Shown here: positions 47,720 through 58,234 of the stretch, piece after piece
Numbering within the stretch: position 1 is the stretch's first letter
Layout of the letters: each line of letters begins with the position of its first letter
Source: an uncultured delta proteobacterium
GTDB lineage: Bacteria; Myxococcota_A; Polyangia; Fen-1088
DNA: 64,000 nucleotides
NCBI GenBank assembly: GCA_963796685.1
Contig: CAWCMR010000015.1
Coordinates: 384,001 to 448,000, forward strand
Direction: 5' to 3'
Notes under the pieces: generated by a model
The model's input: only the letters and a program-made list of their open reading frames with translations
Told to the model about the DNA's origin: nothing
Database searches by the model: none
Program-made: the position numbers and the translations under genes

Positions 47720-48883
47720 ATGAATTTCGAGCTGAGCCAGGAACAGAAGATTCTCCAAAAAACCGTGCGCGACTTCTGCGCCCGCGAGATCCTCCCGCGG
47801 GCCGCGGCCTGGAATGAGGCGGGACGGTTTCCGCACGAGATCGTCGCCCCTCTCGCCGGTCTCGGCGTGCTCGGTATCCAGATCCCCGAGCGCTATGGCG
47901 GCACGGGCATGGGCATGCTCGATCTGTCGGTGGCCGTCGAGGAGATCGCGCGCGCCGACGCATCCGTGGGCCTCACCGTGGCGTCGCACAACCTGCTGTG
48001 CATGGACCACATCTACCTGGCCGGCAACGAAGAGCAGCGACACAAGTACCTGCCTCGCCTGGCGAGCGGCAAGTCGCTGGGGGCGTGGTGCCTGACCGAG
48101 CCTGATTCGGGCTCGGATGCCGGGGCGGCGCGCACGCGCGCCATCCGGCGCGAAGGTCAGGGCGGCGCCGAGTGGGTCTTGAACGGCGGCAAGAGCTTCA
48201 TCACCCAGGGCTCGGTGGCCGAGATCTACGTCGTGCTCGCCTCGACCACTCCGGCGCGCAAGCAGAAGGGCTTGACCGCGTTCATCCTGGAGAAGGGGAT
48301 GCCCGGGTTGCGTCCAGGCCGATTGGTTCAGAAGATGGGGCTATGGGCCTCGGACACCGCCGACGTGGTGATCGAAGAAGTGGTGGTGCCCGATGACCAG
48401 CGCTTGGGCCAGCTCGACTGCGGCTTCTTCGATACGGCCAGGGTGCTCGACCGCGGTCGTATCGGCATCGGCGCCTGGGCCGTGGGCATCGGCCGCGCCG
48501 CCTTCGAGGCCGCGCGCACCTATGCCATGCAGCGGGTGCAATTCGGCAAGCCCATCGCCGAATTCCAGGCCATTCGGCTCATGTTGGCCGACATGGCGAC
48601 CGAATTGGACGCGGCGCGACTCTTGGTCTGGCGTGCGGCCATCATGCAGGACAACGGCGAGCGCACCACGCGCGAATCGTCGGTGGCCAAATACTACGCC
48701 TCCCAGGCGGCGGCGCGCGCCTGCGACTCGGCGGTGCAGATTCACGGCGGCTACGGCTATCTGCGCGAGTTTCCCGTCGAGCGTTATCTGCGCGACGTGA
48801 AGCTGGCCGAGATCGGCGAGGGCACGACGGAGATCCAGAAGCTGGTGATCGCCCGCGAAGTGCTCAAGGCCGCCGGGGCGTAG
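47720..48883 (+). CDS. Acyl-CoA dehydrogenase
   Basis: IPERYGG, LTEPDSGSDA, LNGGKSFIT, RVQFGKPI, QIHGGYGY and IGEGTTEIQ. Confidence 0.95.
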   Translation: MNFELSQEQKILQKTVRDFCAREILPRAAAWNEAGRFPHEIVAPLAGLGVLGIQIPERYGGTGMGMLDLSVAVEEIARADASVGLTVASHNLLCMDHIYLAGNEEQRHKYLPRLASGKSLGAWCLTEPDSGSDAGAARTRAIRREGQGGAEWVLNGGKSFITQGSVAEIYVVLASTTPARKQKGLTAFILEKGMPGLRPGRLVQKMGLWASDTADVVIEEVVVPDDQRLGQLDCGFFDTARVLDRGRIGIGAWAVGIGRAAFEAARTYAMQRVQFGKPIAEFQAIRLMLADMATELDAARLLVWRAAIMQDNGERTTRESSVAKYYASQAAARACDSAVQIHGGYGYLREFPVERYLRDVKLAEIGEGTTEIQKLVIAREVLKAAGA

Positions 48884-48894
48884 GGGGAGACCCA

Positions 48895-49097
48895 CAATCC
48901 CACGATAGCCGCAGAAGGTCGTGGCCGTGGTCGTGGCCCTGGCCGGTTGTAATTGCCGTCGGCCACGGCCACGGCCACGGTAAGCCGTCTACGTCCGCGA
49001 CCACCAGTCCTCGTTCCGATTGGGCGTGAGCATCCGGAGTGGAAAGGTGTCTCTTCCTGGTACCTTCCGCGCTGTCGCTCTGCTTGTCGCGGGATTA
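48895..49097 (+). repeat. MITE-like dispersed repeat, copy 5 (longest)
   Basis: CAATCCCACGATAGCCGCAGAAGGTCGTGGCCGTGGTCGTGGCC...CCGCGCTGTCGC...TTGTCGCGGGATTA. Confidence 0.8.
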
Positions 49098-49150
49098 CGG
49101 CGAAACCCGGTCTTCTAGCGTCGCCGCGGATCGGGTGCATAATGGATTGA

Positions 49151-52100
49151 ATGGGCGCCCGTCGGCGGGACGGCCGAGGACAGAATCGATCCGGGCTGAT
49201 TGCCGGCCGTTTTCGGCTGCAAGACGTGGTTGCGTCCGGCGGCATGGGCGAGGTCTACCGCGCACGCGACGTGGTCTCGCACCTGCAAGTGTGCGTGAAG
49301 CTCCTGCGCACGGATGAAGACCGCGAAGGCGAGCGCTTCGCCCAGGAGGCGAAGATCCTGTCCGAGCTTCAGCACCCCGCCATCGTGCGCTACCTGGCCC
49401 ACGGAACGGTGGGCGGGGATCGCTACCTCGTCATGGAGTGGCTGGAGGGCGAGGATCTTGCCAGCCGCCTGGAGCGGGAGCCCACCCATCTCGTCGACAC
49501 CGTGATGCTGCTCAAACAAGCTGCCGAGGCGCTGGCCTACGCCCACGCCCACGAGGTCATCCATCGCGACATCAAGCCGCACAACCTGTTTCTCCTCGAA
49601 CGCAAGATCTCCCAGCTCAAGGTGCTCGACTTCGGCATCGCCCGGCTCGCGAATGCCGGGCGACGGCTCACGCGCACCGGAAATCTGGTGGGAACGCCGG
49701 GCTATCTGGCGCCGGAAACCATCGACGGGGCGGGCACGGTGGACGGCCGCGCCGACGTCTTCTCGCTGGGCTGCGTGGCGCACGAATGCCTGACCGGCAA
49801 GCCCACCTTTCGCGGTCACGAGCCGGGCGTGCTTCTGGCCAAGCTCATGCTCGAGGATCCGCCGCACCTTTCCGAGGTGGTTCCGGAGGTGCCGCGCGTG
49901 GTGGGGGACCTCATCGCCCGCATGCTGGCCAAGAATCCCGAGCGTAGGCCCACCGCCGCCCAGGTTCTGCGCACGCTGGCCGCCCTGGGCGATCTTTCCG
50001 AGGGCGCGGCCGCTGGCCAATTGCGCCTGCACGAGACCCAGCTCACCGTGGTCGAGCAGCGGGTAAGCTGCATCGTGATGGCGACCGCCGGGCCCGCCCA
50101 TTCCGGCGAAGCGCCGTCGCCGGGCGCGGATCGGACCACGCCGGTCTTGCACTCGCCCGGGCAGCCGCCGACCTTGGCCGAGCTCGAGGCGCGGCTCGCT
50201 CTGCGCTTCACGGCCAAGACCTACCTCCTGCCCGGCGGAAAGATGGTCGTCACGCTGCCCGAGGGTACCGTGGCCTCGGATCAAGCCGTGCTCGCGGCCC
50301 GCTGCGCGCTCCTCGTGCACCAACACCTGCCCGACGCCGCGGTCGTGGTGGCGCTGGGCATCGCCCGCCTGTCGCGTCGATCCGCGGTGGGCAGCGTGAT
50401 CGAGGAGGCTGCCGAGCTCTTGCGAACCACCGGGGCCGGGCGCGTTCGCGTCGAGGAGGGGCTCACCGCGCTTCTGGGCGCGCGCTTCGAGCTCAGCCAC
50501 GACGATACCGGCGTCTACCTGCTTGCCCCGCGCGAGACCCTGGAGGTCAAACGCAGCCTGCTCGGCCGGCCGGCGACGTTCCTCGGCCGCGGACAAGAGC
50601 TGTCGTTCCTGGCCGGCCTGCTCACGGACTCTGCTCTCGAACGCCAGGCCACGGCCGTGCTCGTTTCCGGCCCGGCCGGCATCGGCAAATCGCGCCTGCT
50701 GCAGGAATTCATGGCTTGGCTGCGCGCCCGCGCGGAATCGGTCCTGGTCCTGTTCGGGGCCGGCGACTCGCTGGCCGCGGGCTCTCCCTATGCTCTGCTG
50801 GGACGGGCGGTGCGCGGTCTGGCCGGGATCGCCGAGAACGACAGCGCCGACGAGCGGCGGCGCAAGCTGTCGGCCTGCGTGGGCAAGCATTTGGCCGCGG
50901 GGGCCGGCCCGGGTGTGACCGCGTTCATCGGCGAGGTGGCGGGCGTCAGCTTCCCGGAAACCGATCATGAATCCCTGCGTGGCGCGCGCCAGAATCCCGT
51001 GCTGATGGCCGATGCCACCCGGCGCGCGTTCGAGGATTGGATGCGCGCCGAGTGCGAGGTCAACCCCGTGCTCGTCGTGCTCGAGGACATGCAGTGGGGC
51101 GACGCGGGGACGGTGGGGCTGCTCGACGGCGCGATCCGGAGCCTGCGCGACCAGCCCTTCATGGTCTTGGCCCTGGCGCGGCCGGATTTGCAAACCGTGT
51201 TCCCCAACTTGTGGGCCGAACGGCAGGTGCACGTGATCCAGTTGCCACCGCTGTCCCGGCGTGCGAGCGAGAGGCTGGTGCGCGAAGCCCTGGGCGCCCC
51301 GGCCAGCGACGAGGTGGTGGCGCAGATCGTCCGGCGCGGCGACGGCAATCCGTTCTTTCTGGAGGAATTGATTCGCGCCGCGCACGCGGGACGCTCGGGC
51401 GAGATCCCCGAGCCCATCCTGGGCATCGTGCAGGCGCGGCTGGAAGCCGAGGGACCGGAGGGCAGGCGCGTGCTGCGCGCGGCCTCGGTCTTCGGCGAAA
51501 CCTTCTCGCGCGACGGCGTGGCCGCGCTTCTCGGCGGCGAGCGTGCCGAAGTCGGGGAGGCCCTCGAACGGTTGAGCGATCGCGAGCTGGTCAATCTGGC
51601 GTCGTCGTCCATCGCCTCGGACGGCAGCCCGGCCTTCACCTTCGCGCACGCCCTGATTCGCGAGGCGGCCTATGCCATGCTGACCGACGAGGATCGTTCG
51701 CTCGGGCATCGCTTGGCGGCCAAGTGGTTGCTCGAGCACAGCGCCCCCGAGCCCTTCGTGCTGGCCGAGCATTTTCGCCGTGGCGGCGATGCGCGCAGCG
51801 CTGCCTTCTGGTACCGGCGCGCCGCCGAGCAGGCGTTCAAGGCCAATGACCTCGACGGTGCCATTTCGCGCGCCGGGCTCGGCCTGGCCGCGCTGGGGAG
51901 CGACGGGGCGGGGGCGCCGGCCGGGCAGGGCGTGCATGGAGCGCACGGTGGCTCCGACGCGCAGGCCGGCGAGATTCGCGGCGCGCTTGCGCTGGTCCAG
52001 GCCGAGGCGTTGCGCTGGCGCGGCGAGCTGTCGAGCGCCGAATCGGCGGGCGTGGCGGCGCTGGCGTTGCTGGCGCCGGGCTCGCCCATGTGGTTTCGCG

Positions 52101-53188
52101 CCGCCGGCCAGACCATCGTGGCCCTGGGCAGCCAGGGCAAGGTCAAGGAGCTCGGCGCGCTCATCGCCAACGTGCGCGCCGTGGAGCCGCAACTGGAGGC
52201 ACGCGACGCCTTCCTGGTTTGTCTCAGCGAGGGCGCGACCCACCTCATCACGGCCGGCCACCTCGCCGCGGCCGACGCCTTGCTGGAGGAGGCCGCTCGT
52301 CTGGCCGGGTATTTTTCGGACATCGAGCCGCAAGCCTGGGGCCTGGTGCACAAGGCGCGCGCCGCCCGCGCCGCTGCCCGCGGGGAAACCACGCGCGGCC
52401 TCGAAGAGCTGGAGACGGCGTGGGCCTTGTTCGAGCAGGCCGGCGACCAACGCAACGCCTGCGCGGTTCGCTCCGGCATCGCCTCGGTGTACGCGGATCT
52501 CGGCGACACCGGGCGCGCGGTCGAGCTGCTGCGCGAGGTCGTGGCCCACGCCGATCGCCTGGGGTTGCCCGAGATCGCGGCCATCGGGCGGCGGGATCTG
52601 TCGCGCGTGCTCGGCTGGCGGGGCGAGAGCGTGGAGGCCGAGCGGCTGGCCCGCCTGGCGATCGCCACCCTGGGGGCGCGCGGCGACTCGCGCGAGCAGG
52701 GGCTGGCCAGGTGCTACCTGGCCGAGACCATGCTGTCCGTGGGGCGCTTCGAGGAAGCCGCCGCGCAAGCCGAGCTGGCTGCGGCGGGGCTCTCGGCGGC
52801 TCCGGCCGAACGGGGCCTGGCGCTGGCCATGCTGGCGCGTGCACGGCTGGGACGGGGCACGGTTCACGAAGCCTCGGTGGCCGCGCACGAGGCCTATTAC
52901 GGCGCGCTGGAATCGCTCGGCAGCATGGGCGAGTGCGAGACGGTGGTGCGCTTGGCCTACGCCGAGTGCTTGCTCGCCGCGGGCGATCTCGAGGCCGCGC
53001 ACCTGGTGCTCTTGCGCGCGCGCGAACGCCTGCACGTGCGCGCCGCGAGCCTGGGACCGCGCTGCGATCGCACAGCCTTCACGACCAACGTGCCGTACAA
53101 CTGCGAAACCCTACGTCTGGCCGAGGCCAATCTCGGACCCGTACGAGGCGCCGTCGGCGAAGACCAGGGCCAGCGGGGCACGAAATAG
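49151..53188 (+). CDS. Ser/Thr kinase + AAA/STAND ATPase + TPR protein
   Basis: GGMGEVY, HRDIKPHN, DFG and GTPGYLAPE; degenerate cyclase-like segment; GPAGIGKS, LEDMQWGD, GNPFFLEE and FAHALIRE; TPR-like C-terminus. Confidence 0.93.
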   Translation: MGARRRDGRGQNRSGLIAGRFRLQDVVASGGMGEVYRARDVVSHLQVCVKLLRTDEDREGERFAQEAKILSELQHPAIVRYLAHGTVGGDRYLVMEWLEGEDLASRLEREPTHLVDTVMLLKQAAEALAYAHAHEVIHRDIKPHNLFLLERKISQLKVLDFGIARLANAGRRLTRTGNLVGTPGYLAPETIDGAGTVDGRADVFSLGCVAHECLTGKPTFRGHEPGVLLAKLMLEDPPHLSEVVPEVPRVVGDLIARMLAKNPERRPTAAQVLRTLAALGDLSEGAAAGQLRLHETQLTVVEQRVSCIVMATAGPAHSGEAPSPGADRTTPVLHSPGQPPTLAELEARLALRFTAKTYLLPGGKMVVTLPEGTVASDQAVLAARCALLVHQHLPDAAVVVALGIARLSRRSAVGSVIEEAAELLRTTGAGRVRVEEGLTALLGARFELSHDDTGVYLLAPRETLEVKRSLLGRPATFLGRGQELSFLAGLLTDSALERQATAVLVSGPAGIGKSRLLQEFMAWLRARAESVLVLFGAGDSLAAGSPYALLGRAVRGLAGIAENDSADERRRKLSACVGKHLAAGAGPGVTAFIGEVAGVSFPETDHESLRGARQNPVLMADATRRAFEDWMRAECEVNPVLVVLEDMQWGDAGTVGLLDGAIRSLRDQPFMVLALARPDLQTVFPNLWAERQVHVIQLPPLSRRASERLVREALGAPASDEVVAQIVRRGDGNPFFLEELIRAAHAGRSGEIPEPILGIVQARLEAEGPEGRRVLRAASVFGETFSRDGVAALLGGERAEVGEALERLSDRELVNLASSSIASDGSPAFTFAHALIREAAYAMLTDEDRSLGHRLAAKWLLEHSAPEPFVLAEHFRRGGDARSAAFWYRRAAEQAFKANDLDGAISRAGLGLAALGSDGAGAPAGQGVHGAHGGSDAQAGEIRGALALVQAEALRWRGELSSAESAGVAALALLAPGSPMWFRAAGQTIVALGSQGKVKELGALIANVRAVEPQLEARDAFLVCLSEGATHLITAGHLAAADALLEEAARLAGYFSDIEPQAWGLVHKARAARAAARGETTRGLEELETAWALFEQAGDQRNACAVRSGIASVYADLGDTGRAVELLREVVAHADRLGLPEIAAIGRRDLSRVLGWRGESVEAERLARLAIATLGARGDSREQGLARCYLAETMLSVGRFEEAAAQAELAAAGLSAAPAERGLALAMLARARLGRGTVHEASVAAHEAYYGALESLGSMGECETVVRLAYAECLLAAGDLEAAHLVLLRARERLHVRAASLGPRCDRTAFTTNVPYNCETLRLAEANLGPVRGAVGEDQGQRGTK

Positions 53189-53189
53189 C

Positions 53190-53221
53190 AAAAGGCCCAC
53201 TTCCCGAAGGAGGTGGGCCTT
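53190..53221. terminator. Terminator hairpin between convergent genes
   Basis: AAAAGGCCCAC-TTCCCGAAGGAG-GTGGGCCTT; the A-tract gives a U-tail for the minus-strand gene. Confidence 0.75.
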
Positions 53222-53246
53222 GGCTCGATTTTCGATGCCGATTTGT

Positions 53247-54995
53247 CTAGCAGCCCGGGAGCGGGTTGCCGTTCTGGTCGAGGAAGTCGGTGCAGGTGCG
53301 GCACTGCATGCCAACCTTGGTGCCGGCTGGCAGGGGACCGGCGGTGATTTCAGCCCGGGTGCGCAGGACGTTGATAATCTGTCCGTTGTAGGCGTCCGGG
53401 CACTTGGTCTTGTCTTGGCTGAGCTGCCAGCAGTCCGCGCTGATGGTGTCGCTCGTGGCTCCTGGATCGCACTCCGGCAAGCCCGTGGGGTCTTCCACGT
53501 AGACCACTTTGGTTGGGTCATTGGTATCGGTCTGGGGCGTTCGGTAGGCCACTCGGCAATCGGGTTTTTGATAACCGGGGCTGGTCGGATCGGGATTCAA
53601 CCACAGCTTGTAGTCGACACACAGATTCTGCAGGTGCTTGGCGATGGCGGTGCCGATGCCATTCATCGCATCCACGAAGTCCGGCTGGCAGATGCTGTAC
53701 TTGAGGCCATTGGCGCCGAACTCGTCGATGAACGCGGACATGCGCAGACCGGGCGTGGCACCATACCCGGCTGCTACCGGGTCGAATCCAGTGGTCTTGT
53801 CCGTGTTTGCTGCCGTAACCGGATGGTTTGGATCGTAGCAAACCGGCCACGTATCCCAGATCTGGGGATGGGCTGTGTCGGCGCTGTTCGGATTGGGTGT
53901 CTCGTCGACCTTGTACGTAGCTTTCGACGTGTCCCCATCAAGAGGCCAGCCAAAGATGCCCGCGACCAGGATCTGGTTCTCCGGATCGCTCTTGAGACCC
54001 TTGATTTCACCGGCCATGGTCTTGTAATCCCTGAGCGGGTTGCAGGAGGTCGGCTGCGAGACGTCTTCGCCGTTGCAGGTGTCGCCAGAGCGCGCCGAAC
54101 AATTGGACATGGCGGTCGAGAAGGCGGCGCTGGTGGGATAGCCGGGAGGGGGATCGGAGGTGTTCTTGCCGTTGCACGTGTACGCTCGCGTGTAGCAGCG
54201 GATGCTCGCGGATTCCTTGCTTAGATCGGTGCCGCCGGGGGAAGTCCCAAACATCGCGTCGTTGGGCGCGGCCGAGCAGTCGTCTTCATCGGTCAGGAAG
54301 ACCATGCCGAGATAGGCATTGCCGCGCAACATCTGGTGTTGCTTGTTGTTGGTGTCGCCCAGGTTCGTGACGACGAAGGCGAACTCGACGGTTTGTAGCT
54401 GGTGCTCCTCGCCGCAGCCCAGGGTGCCGAGATTGCCAGCCAGGCAGGCGAAGACGGTGTTGATGTCGCCGTTGAAGTTGAGGCCCGTGTTTCCCTTGGT
54501 TTCGAGATAGGTGACATCGGCGCTATTCACGCCACATCCATTCGGAGGCGCGCCAACGGCGTTGATCATCTGGAACCTGCCCATGTCGCCGAAGCTGGAT
54601 CCGGTTCCGTCAGGCAGGGTCTTGGGGCCGCAGGAGCCGGACGGATACTCGCCGCCTGTGCCGAGATCGCTGTCCAGGATGGCGACGCGCAGGTCGGGCA
54701 GCGTTCCGTCGTTGGGATCCTTGAGCGCCGCAATCAGCTTGGGAAAGTTATCCTTGAGCTTCTGCTGCTTCGGCGCCATGGACGGCGAGTTGTCGATCAT
54801 GAACACCAGGTCGAGCAACCGTTGCGGCGACACCGAGATGTAGATGTCGGTTTGCTGCTCGGGCTCGGGCACGGGCTGTGTCAGCGGGTGCGAGGCGCAG
54901 GCCCACCACACGAGCGGCAAAGTCGGTAGTGCGATCGCCCAGCGGAGGGTTCTCCAGCTCAGAAGGCGAATGCCGCGCTTTGAATTACGAATCAT
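53247..54995 (-). CDS. Cys-rich VWA-like myxobacterial lipoprotein
   Basis: AGGAGG RBS, WWA-C lipobox-like site, LDLVFMIDNSPSM (MIDAS DxSxS), GCGEEHQL, FLTDEDDCS and many Cys. Confidence 0.82.
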   Translation of the reverse strand: MIRNSKRGIRLLSWRTLRWAIALPTLPLVWWACASHPLTQPVPEPEQQTDIYISVSPQRLLDLVFMIDNSPSMAPKQQKLKDNFPKLIAALKDPNDGTLPDLRVAILDSDLGTGGEYPSGSCGPKTLPDGTGSSFGDMGRFQMINAVGAPPNGCGVNSADVTYLETKGNTGLNFNGDINTVFACLAGNLGTLGCGEEHQLQTVEFAFVVTNLGDTNNKQHQMLRGNAYLGMVFLTDEDDCSAAPNDAMFGTSPGGTDLSKESASIRCYTRAYTCNGKNTSDPPPGYPTSAAFSTAMSNCSARSGDTCNGEDVSQPTSCNPLRDYKTMAGEIKGLKSDPENQILVAGIFGWPLDGDTSKATYKVDETPNPNSADTAHPQIWDTWPVCYDPNHPVTAANTDKTTGFDPVAAGYGATPGLRMSAFIDEFGANGLKYSICQPDFVDAMNGIGTAIAKHLQNLCVDYKLWLNPDPTSPGYQKPDCRVAYRTPQTDTNDPTKVVYVEDPTGLPECDPGATSDTISADCWQLSQDKTKCPDAYNGQIINVLRTRAEITAGPLPAGTKVGMQCRTCTDFLDQNGNPLPGC

Positions 54996-55280
54996 GAAAA
55001 TCCTCCTCGTAGAGCAGCCAAGGTGCTGTTTGTCTCGGAGCTACCTTACAGCAAGATACAGGCCGAAGGAAACACTAGAAAAGAGTTGATATCACTTGGG
55101 GTTGTTCGTGCAGGGTGCAATGGGGTTGGCATAAGCGACAACTAAGTTGGCCGCCCTATCTCTTGGCCCAATTCGATCTATCTTGTCGCATCATCACGGA
55201 CTCAGGGACGTGCATGGTTAGTTCCCCTTGACCCAAAGCTTTGCTCACTCGCTCTGCGCTCGCCGTGTATTCTGGCCGCC

Positions 55281-56993
55281 ATGAGGCGAGATCGCCTGCG
55301 CAAGGTCGAATCGAGACAGCGTGCCCAGGCCGCCGAGGTGGCCGAGCTCGCGGCAAAGGCGAATGCAAAGAAGTGGGATCGCCACGCCGTGGTGGCCATC
55401 GTCGTCGCCGTGCTGGTGGCCTATTTCCCGACCCTTGGCGCCGGGTTCACCAACTGGGACGACGATCGCTTCATCACGGACAATCCCCTGTTTCACGGGC
55501 CCGTGTCCGCCTACGTGGCGGCGGCGCTGACGCGCGTCCAGTTCCAGGCCTACCATCCCTTGCACCTGCTCTCGTATGTGCCGGACCGGCTGCTGTGGCC
55601 CGGCAACCCGGCTGGGTTTCACGCCCTCAATCTGGGGCTGTTCGCGCTCGCCTTGACGCTCGGCTACTTTTTGTTGCGGAGTAAGGTGGGGGTCTTGCCC
55701 GCGCTGATGGGGATCTTGTTCGTCGGGCTGCACCCGCTGGCCGTCGAGTCCGTGGCCTGGATCGTGGGACGCAAGGATGTGCTGGCGTTGTTGCTGGTCT
55801 TTGCGACCTTGCTGGTCGCCGATGGCGAGGCGATCACGACGCGTAGGACGGTGGCCGCCTGCGTGCTGGCCGCGCTGGCCTGTTTGGCCAAGACCTCGGC
55901 CGTGGTGCTGCCCATCCTCTTGTTCGCCTGGCTGCGCTTCGCGCGCGACCTCCCGCTACGCGCGACGCTGCGGCGCTGCCTGCCGTTCGCGATCATCGCG
56001 TTCGTGTTTGCCGTGCCCGTGCCCTTCATCTGGAAGCACAACCAGATGATCCCCTCGACGCGACCTTTGCCCTTCGTGCTGGACGTGCTCGGTACGCTGG
56101 GCGTCTATGCCGGTCGCGTGATCGCGCCCGTGGACTTGTCTCCGGTCTATCCGGCCGTGATTCAGGGGCAGGTCTTCGCGGGGCTTGCCATGGCCGCGGC
56201 GCTGCTGGCCCTGATCGGTTCGTGGCGCCGCCTGCCCGCCGGCGCGAAATTCGCCGTGGTCGGGTTCATCGGTTGCCTGTTGCCGGTGGCCAACCTCACG
56301 CCGATTTACTTTCGCTTCGCCGACCGTTATGCGCTGCTGGCTCTCGCGGCGCTGGCCTGGCCCGTGGCCAAGCTGCTGGCCTGGCAGCGCGTGCGCAAGG
56401 TCGTCGCGGTGGGCGCGACGCTCGTGATCGGCGTCGAGCTGGCGGCCACCATGCAACTCGTGCCGTCGTGGCACGATTCGCTGGCGCTGTGGCAGCGCGC
56501 GACCGAGGTGCAGCCGCGGGCGGTCTACGGGTACCTCAAGCTCGGCGAGACCTATCGCGAACAGAAGCGCTTTCACGAGGCCGCGGCCAGCTACGTGCGC
56601 GCGGGCGACGTCGATCCACGCAGCATCAAGGGGCCGGCCGGGCTGCTGCGCACCGTGGGCGAACGGGAAGAGGCCGCGGGGCACATCCCGCCGGGCACCT
56701 GCGACACGTGGGAATCGGTCATCGCCAAGCCGGGGTTCAATGCCGAAAAGATGCAGGCGCTGATTGCGGTGCTGGACAAATCCAAGTGTCCCTCGTGCAT
56801 GGAGGCCATGTTGTGGCTCGCCCTGCGCATGTTCCCCCAGCCCGACGCCAGCCTGGTGAGCTTCGCGCGCAAGGAGGTCGACCGCGGCCGGGCCGACATC
56901 GCCATGGTGTACTTGAGCGAAGTCCACGACCCCAACACCCCGGGGCTGAGCGAGGTCGCCAAGCGCCTGCGCGAGCCGAGCGGGACGCAGTAG
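55281..56993 (+). CDS. TMTC-like GT-C glycosyltransferase with TPR
   Basis: FTNWDDDRFITDNP, YHPL, FHALN, LHPLAVESVAWI..RKD, DLSPVYP, FADRY and W.DS..LW. Confidence 0.85.
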   Translation: MRRDRLRKVESRQRAQAAEVAELAAKANAKKWDRHAVVAIVVAVLVAYFPTLGAGFTNWDDDRFITDNPLFHGPVSAYVAAALTRVQFQAYHPLHLLSYVPDRLLWPGNPAGFHALNLGLFALALTLGYFLLRSKVGVLPALMGILFVGLHPLAVESVAWIVGRKDVLALLLVFATLLVADGEAITTRRTVAACVLAALACLAKTSAVVLPILLFAWLRFARDLPLRATLRRCLPFAIIAFVFAVPVPFIWKHNQMIPSTRPLPFVLDVLGTLGVYAGRVIAPVDLSPVYPAVIQGQVFAGLAMAAALLALIGSWRRLPAGAKFAVVGFIGCLLPVANLTPIYFRFADRYALLALAALAWPVAKLLAWQRVRKVVAVGATLVIGVELAATMQLVPSWHDSLALWQRATEVQPRAVYGYLKLGETYREQKRFHEAAASYVRAGDVDPRSIKGPAGLLRTVGEREEAAGHIPPGTCDTWESVIAKPGFNAEKMQALIAVLDKSKCPSCMEAMLWLALRMFPQPDASLVSFARKEVDRGRADIAMVYLSEVHDPNTPGLSEVAKRLREPSGTQ

Positions 56994-57030
56994 TTTTCCA
57001 ACACAGAGGTTTGGAGGACACAGAGACGGG

Positions 57031-58200
57031 TCAGAGGCCGCTGCCGTCGTGCGTGCCCGCGTCGGATGCCGGACCTAGGATGGTCTCGGGGGACGGTGGG
57101 CCTTGCGGCGCGGTCGACGGGCCGTGCTTGGGCTTGTGGGTGACGATCCAGTCCGCCACGCGTGCCACGTCTCCGAAGCGGGTCAGGTCGCCCTCGGTGC
57201 CAAGGAAAGCCATGCCGTAGCTGTGGCCGTCGATCCTGGCGGCGATGACCAGACAATACCGCGCGCTATCGTTGTAGCCGGTCTTGCCGCCCAGGATCTG
57301 AAGGTTGCCGCGCGCCGCGGGCCTATCCGTGCTGTTGTAATGGATGGCCGGTTTGGACACCGGGTGGGCGTCGTACTCGGGCCGCCGCACGATCGGGCCG
57401 AGCACGGGATGGGCCATGGCCGCCCTGAGCAGCCCGATGACTTCGCGCGGGGTCGACTGATTGTCGGCGGAGAGTCCGGTGGGCTCGCGGAAGCGGGTGA
57501 AACGAAGGCCGAGAGACGCCACCTTGTGGTTCATGGCCGCCGTGAACTGCGCGGTGCCGAGACCCACGGCGCGGCCGAGAGCGGACACCGCGCGGTTGTC
57601 CGAGCCGAGCAGGGCGGCGTGCAAGAGGTCGCGGTTGGACAGGGTCATGCCCTCGAGCAGTCGCAATCTGGCCCCGCCGCGGGCCACTTCCACATCGACC
57701 CTCTTGATGGTCGTCAGCCCGTCGAGATCGAGGTGGTGGTCCATCACGGTCAGGGTGGCGGCAAGCTTCGAAATCGAGGCGATGGCGCGTGGGTTGTCGG
57801 GCCGGCGCGCGAACAGCTCGTGTCCGGTGTCGAGGTCGATGACCAGGGCGCCGAGGGCTTGGACGTTGGGCAGGTTGCCCTTCATCGCGGCCACGTGCCT
57901 TTCCGAGTGGTGGTGCCTCGGCGGGGCGCTCGCGGCCCTCTTGCTCAGCTTGCCGTTCTTCTTGCCGTTCTTCCTGCCGGGCTTCTTGCAGTCCTTCTTG
58001 CTGCAGAGCTTCTTGCTGTCCTTTTTGCCCGCCGAATTGGGCGATTTCTTCTCGGCTTTCTTGACCAATCTCGCCTGCGACTTGCGGGTCGTCGCGGCGT
58101 CGATTTGTGCCGACGACAACACGAGCAGGGCCGCGAGGGTGGCGGGGACCGCGAAGAAGTGCGAGTTGCTGCGTCGGATGGCGAAAAGAGACTGCGTCAT
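57031..58200 (-). CDS. pbpG: D-alanyl-D-alanine endopeptidase/carboxypeptidase (S11, PBP7-like)
   Basis: ASISK (SxxK), SDN and GKTG; signal peptide and Lys-rich N-terminal linker. Confidence 0.85.
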   Translation of the reverse strand: MTQSLFAIRRSNSHFFAVPATLAALLVLSSAQIDAATTRKSQARLVKKAEKKSPNSAGKKDSKKLCSKKDCKKPGRKNGKKNGKLSKRAASAPPRHHHSERHVAAMKGNLPNVQALGALVIDLDTGHELFARRPDNPRAIASISKLAATLTVMDHHLDLDGLTTIKRVDVEVARGGARLRLLEGMTLSNRDLLHAALLGSDNRAVSALGRAVGLGTAQFTAAMNHKVASLGLRFTRFREPTGLSADNQSTPREVIGLLRAAMAHPVLGPIVRRPEYDAHPVSKPAIHYNSTDRPAARGNLQILGGKTGYNDSARYCLVIAARIDGHSYGMAFLGTEGDLTRFGDVARVADWIVTHKPKHGPSTAPQGPPSPETILGPASDAGTHDGSGL

Positions 58201-58234
58201 CAGGTGCGTCGATCGGGGTTGAGCTCCTTTCGTA

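Noticed and set aside
49115-53035. 1306-aa minus-strand ORF, and similar long antisense ORFs (1923..4025, 7185..8828, 15711..17495, 17844..18989, 58200..60077)
   Set aside because: Shadow ORFs opposite well-supported genes, expected at high GC. They show no motifs, apart from the YhbY portion at 1923-2330.
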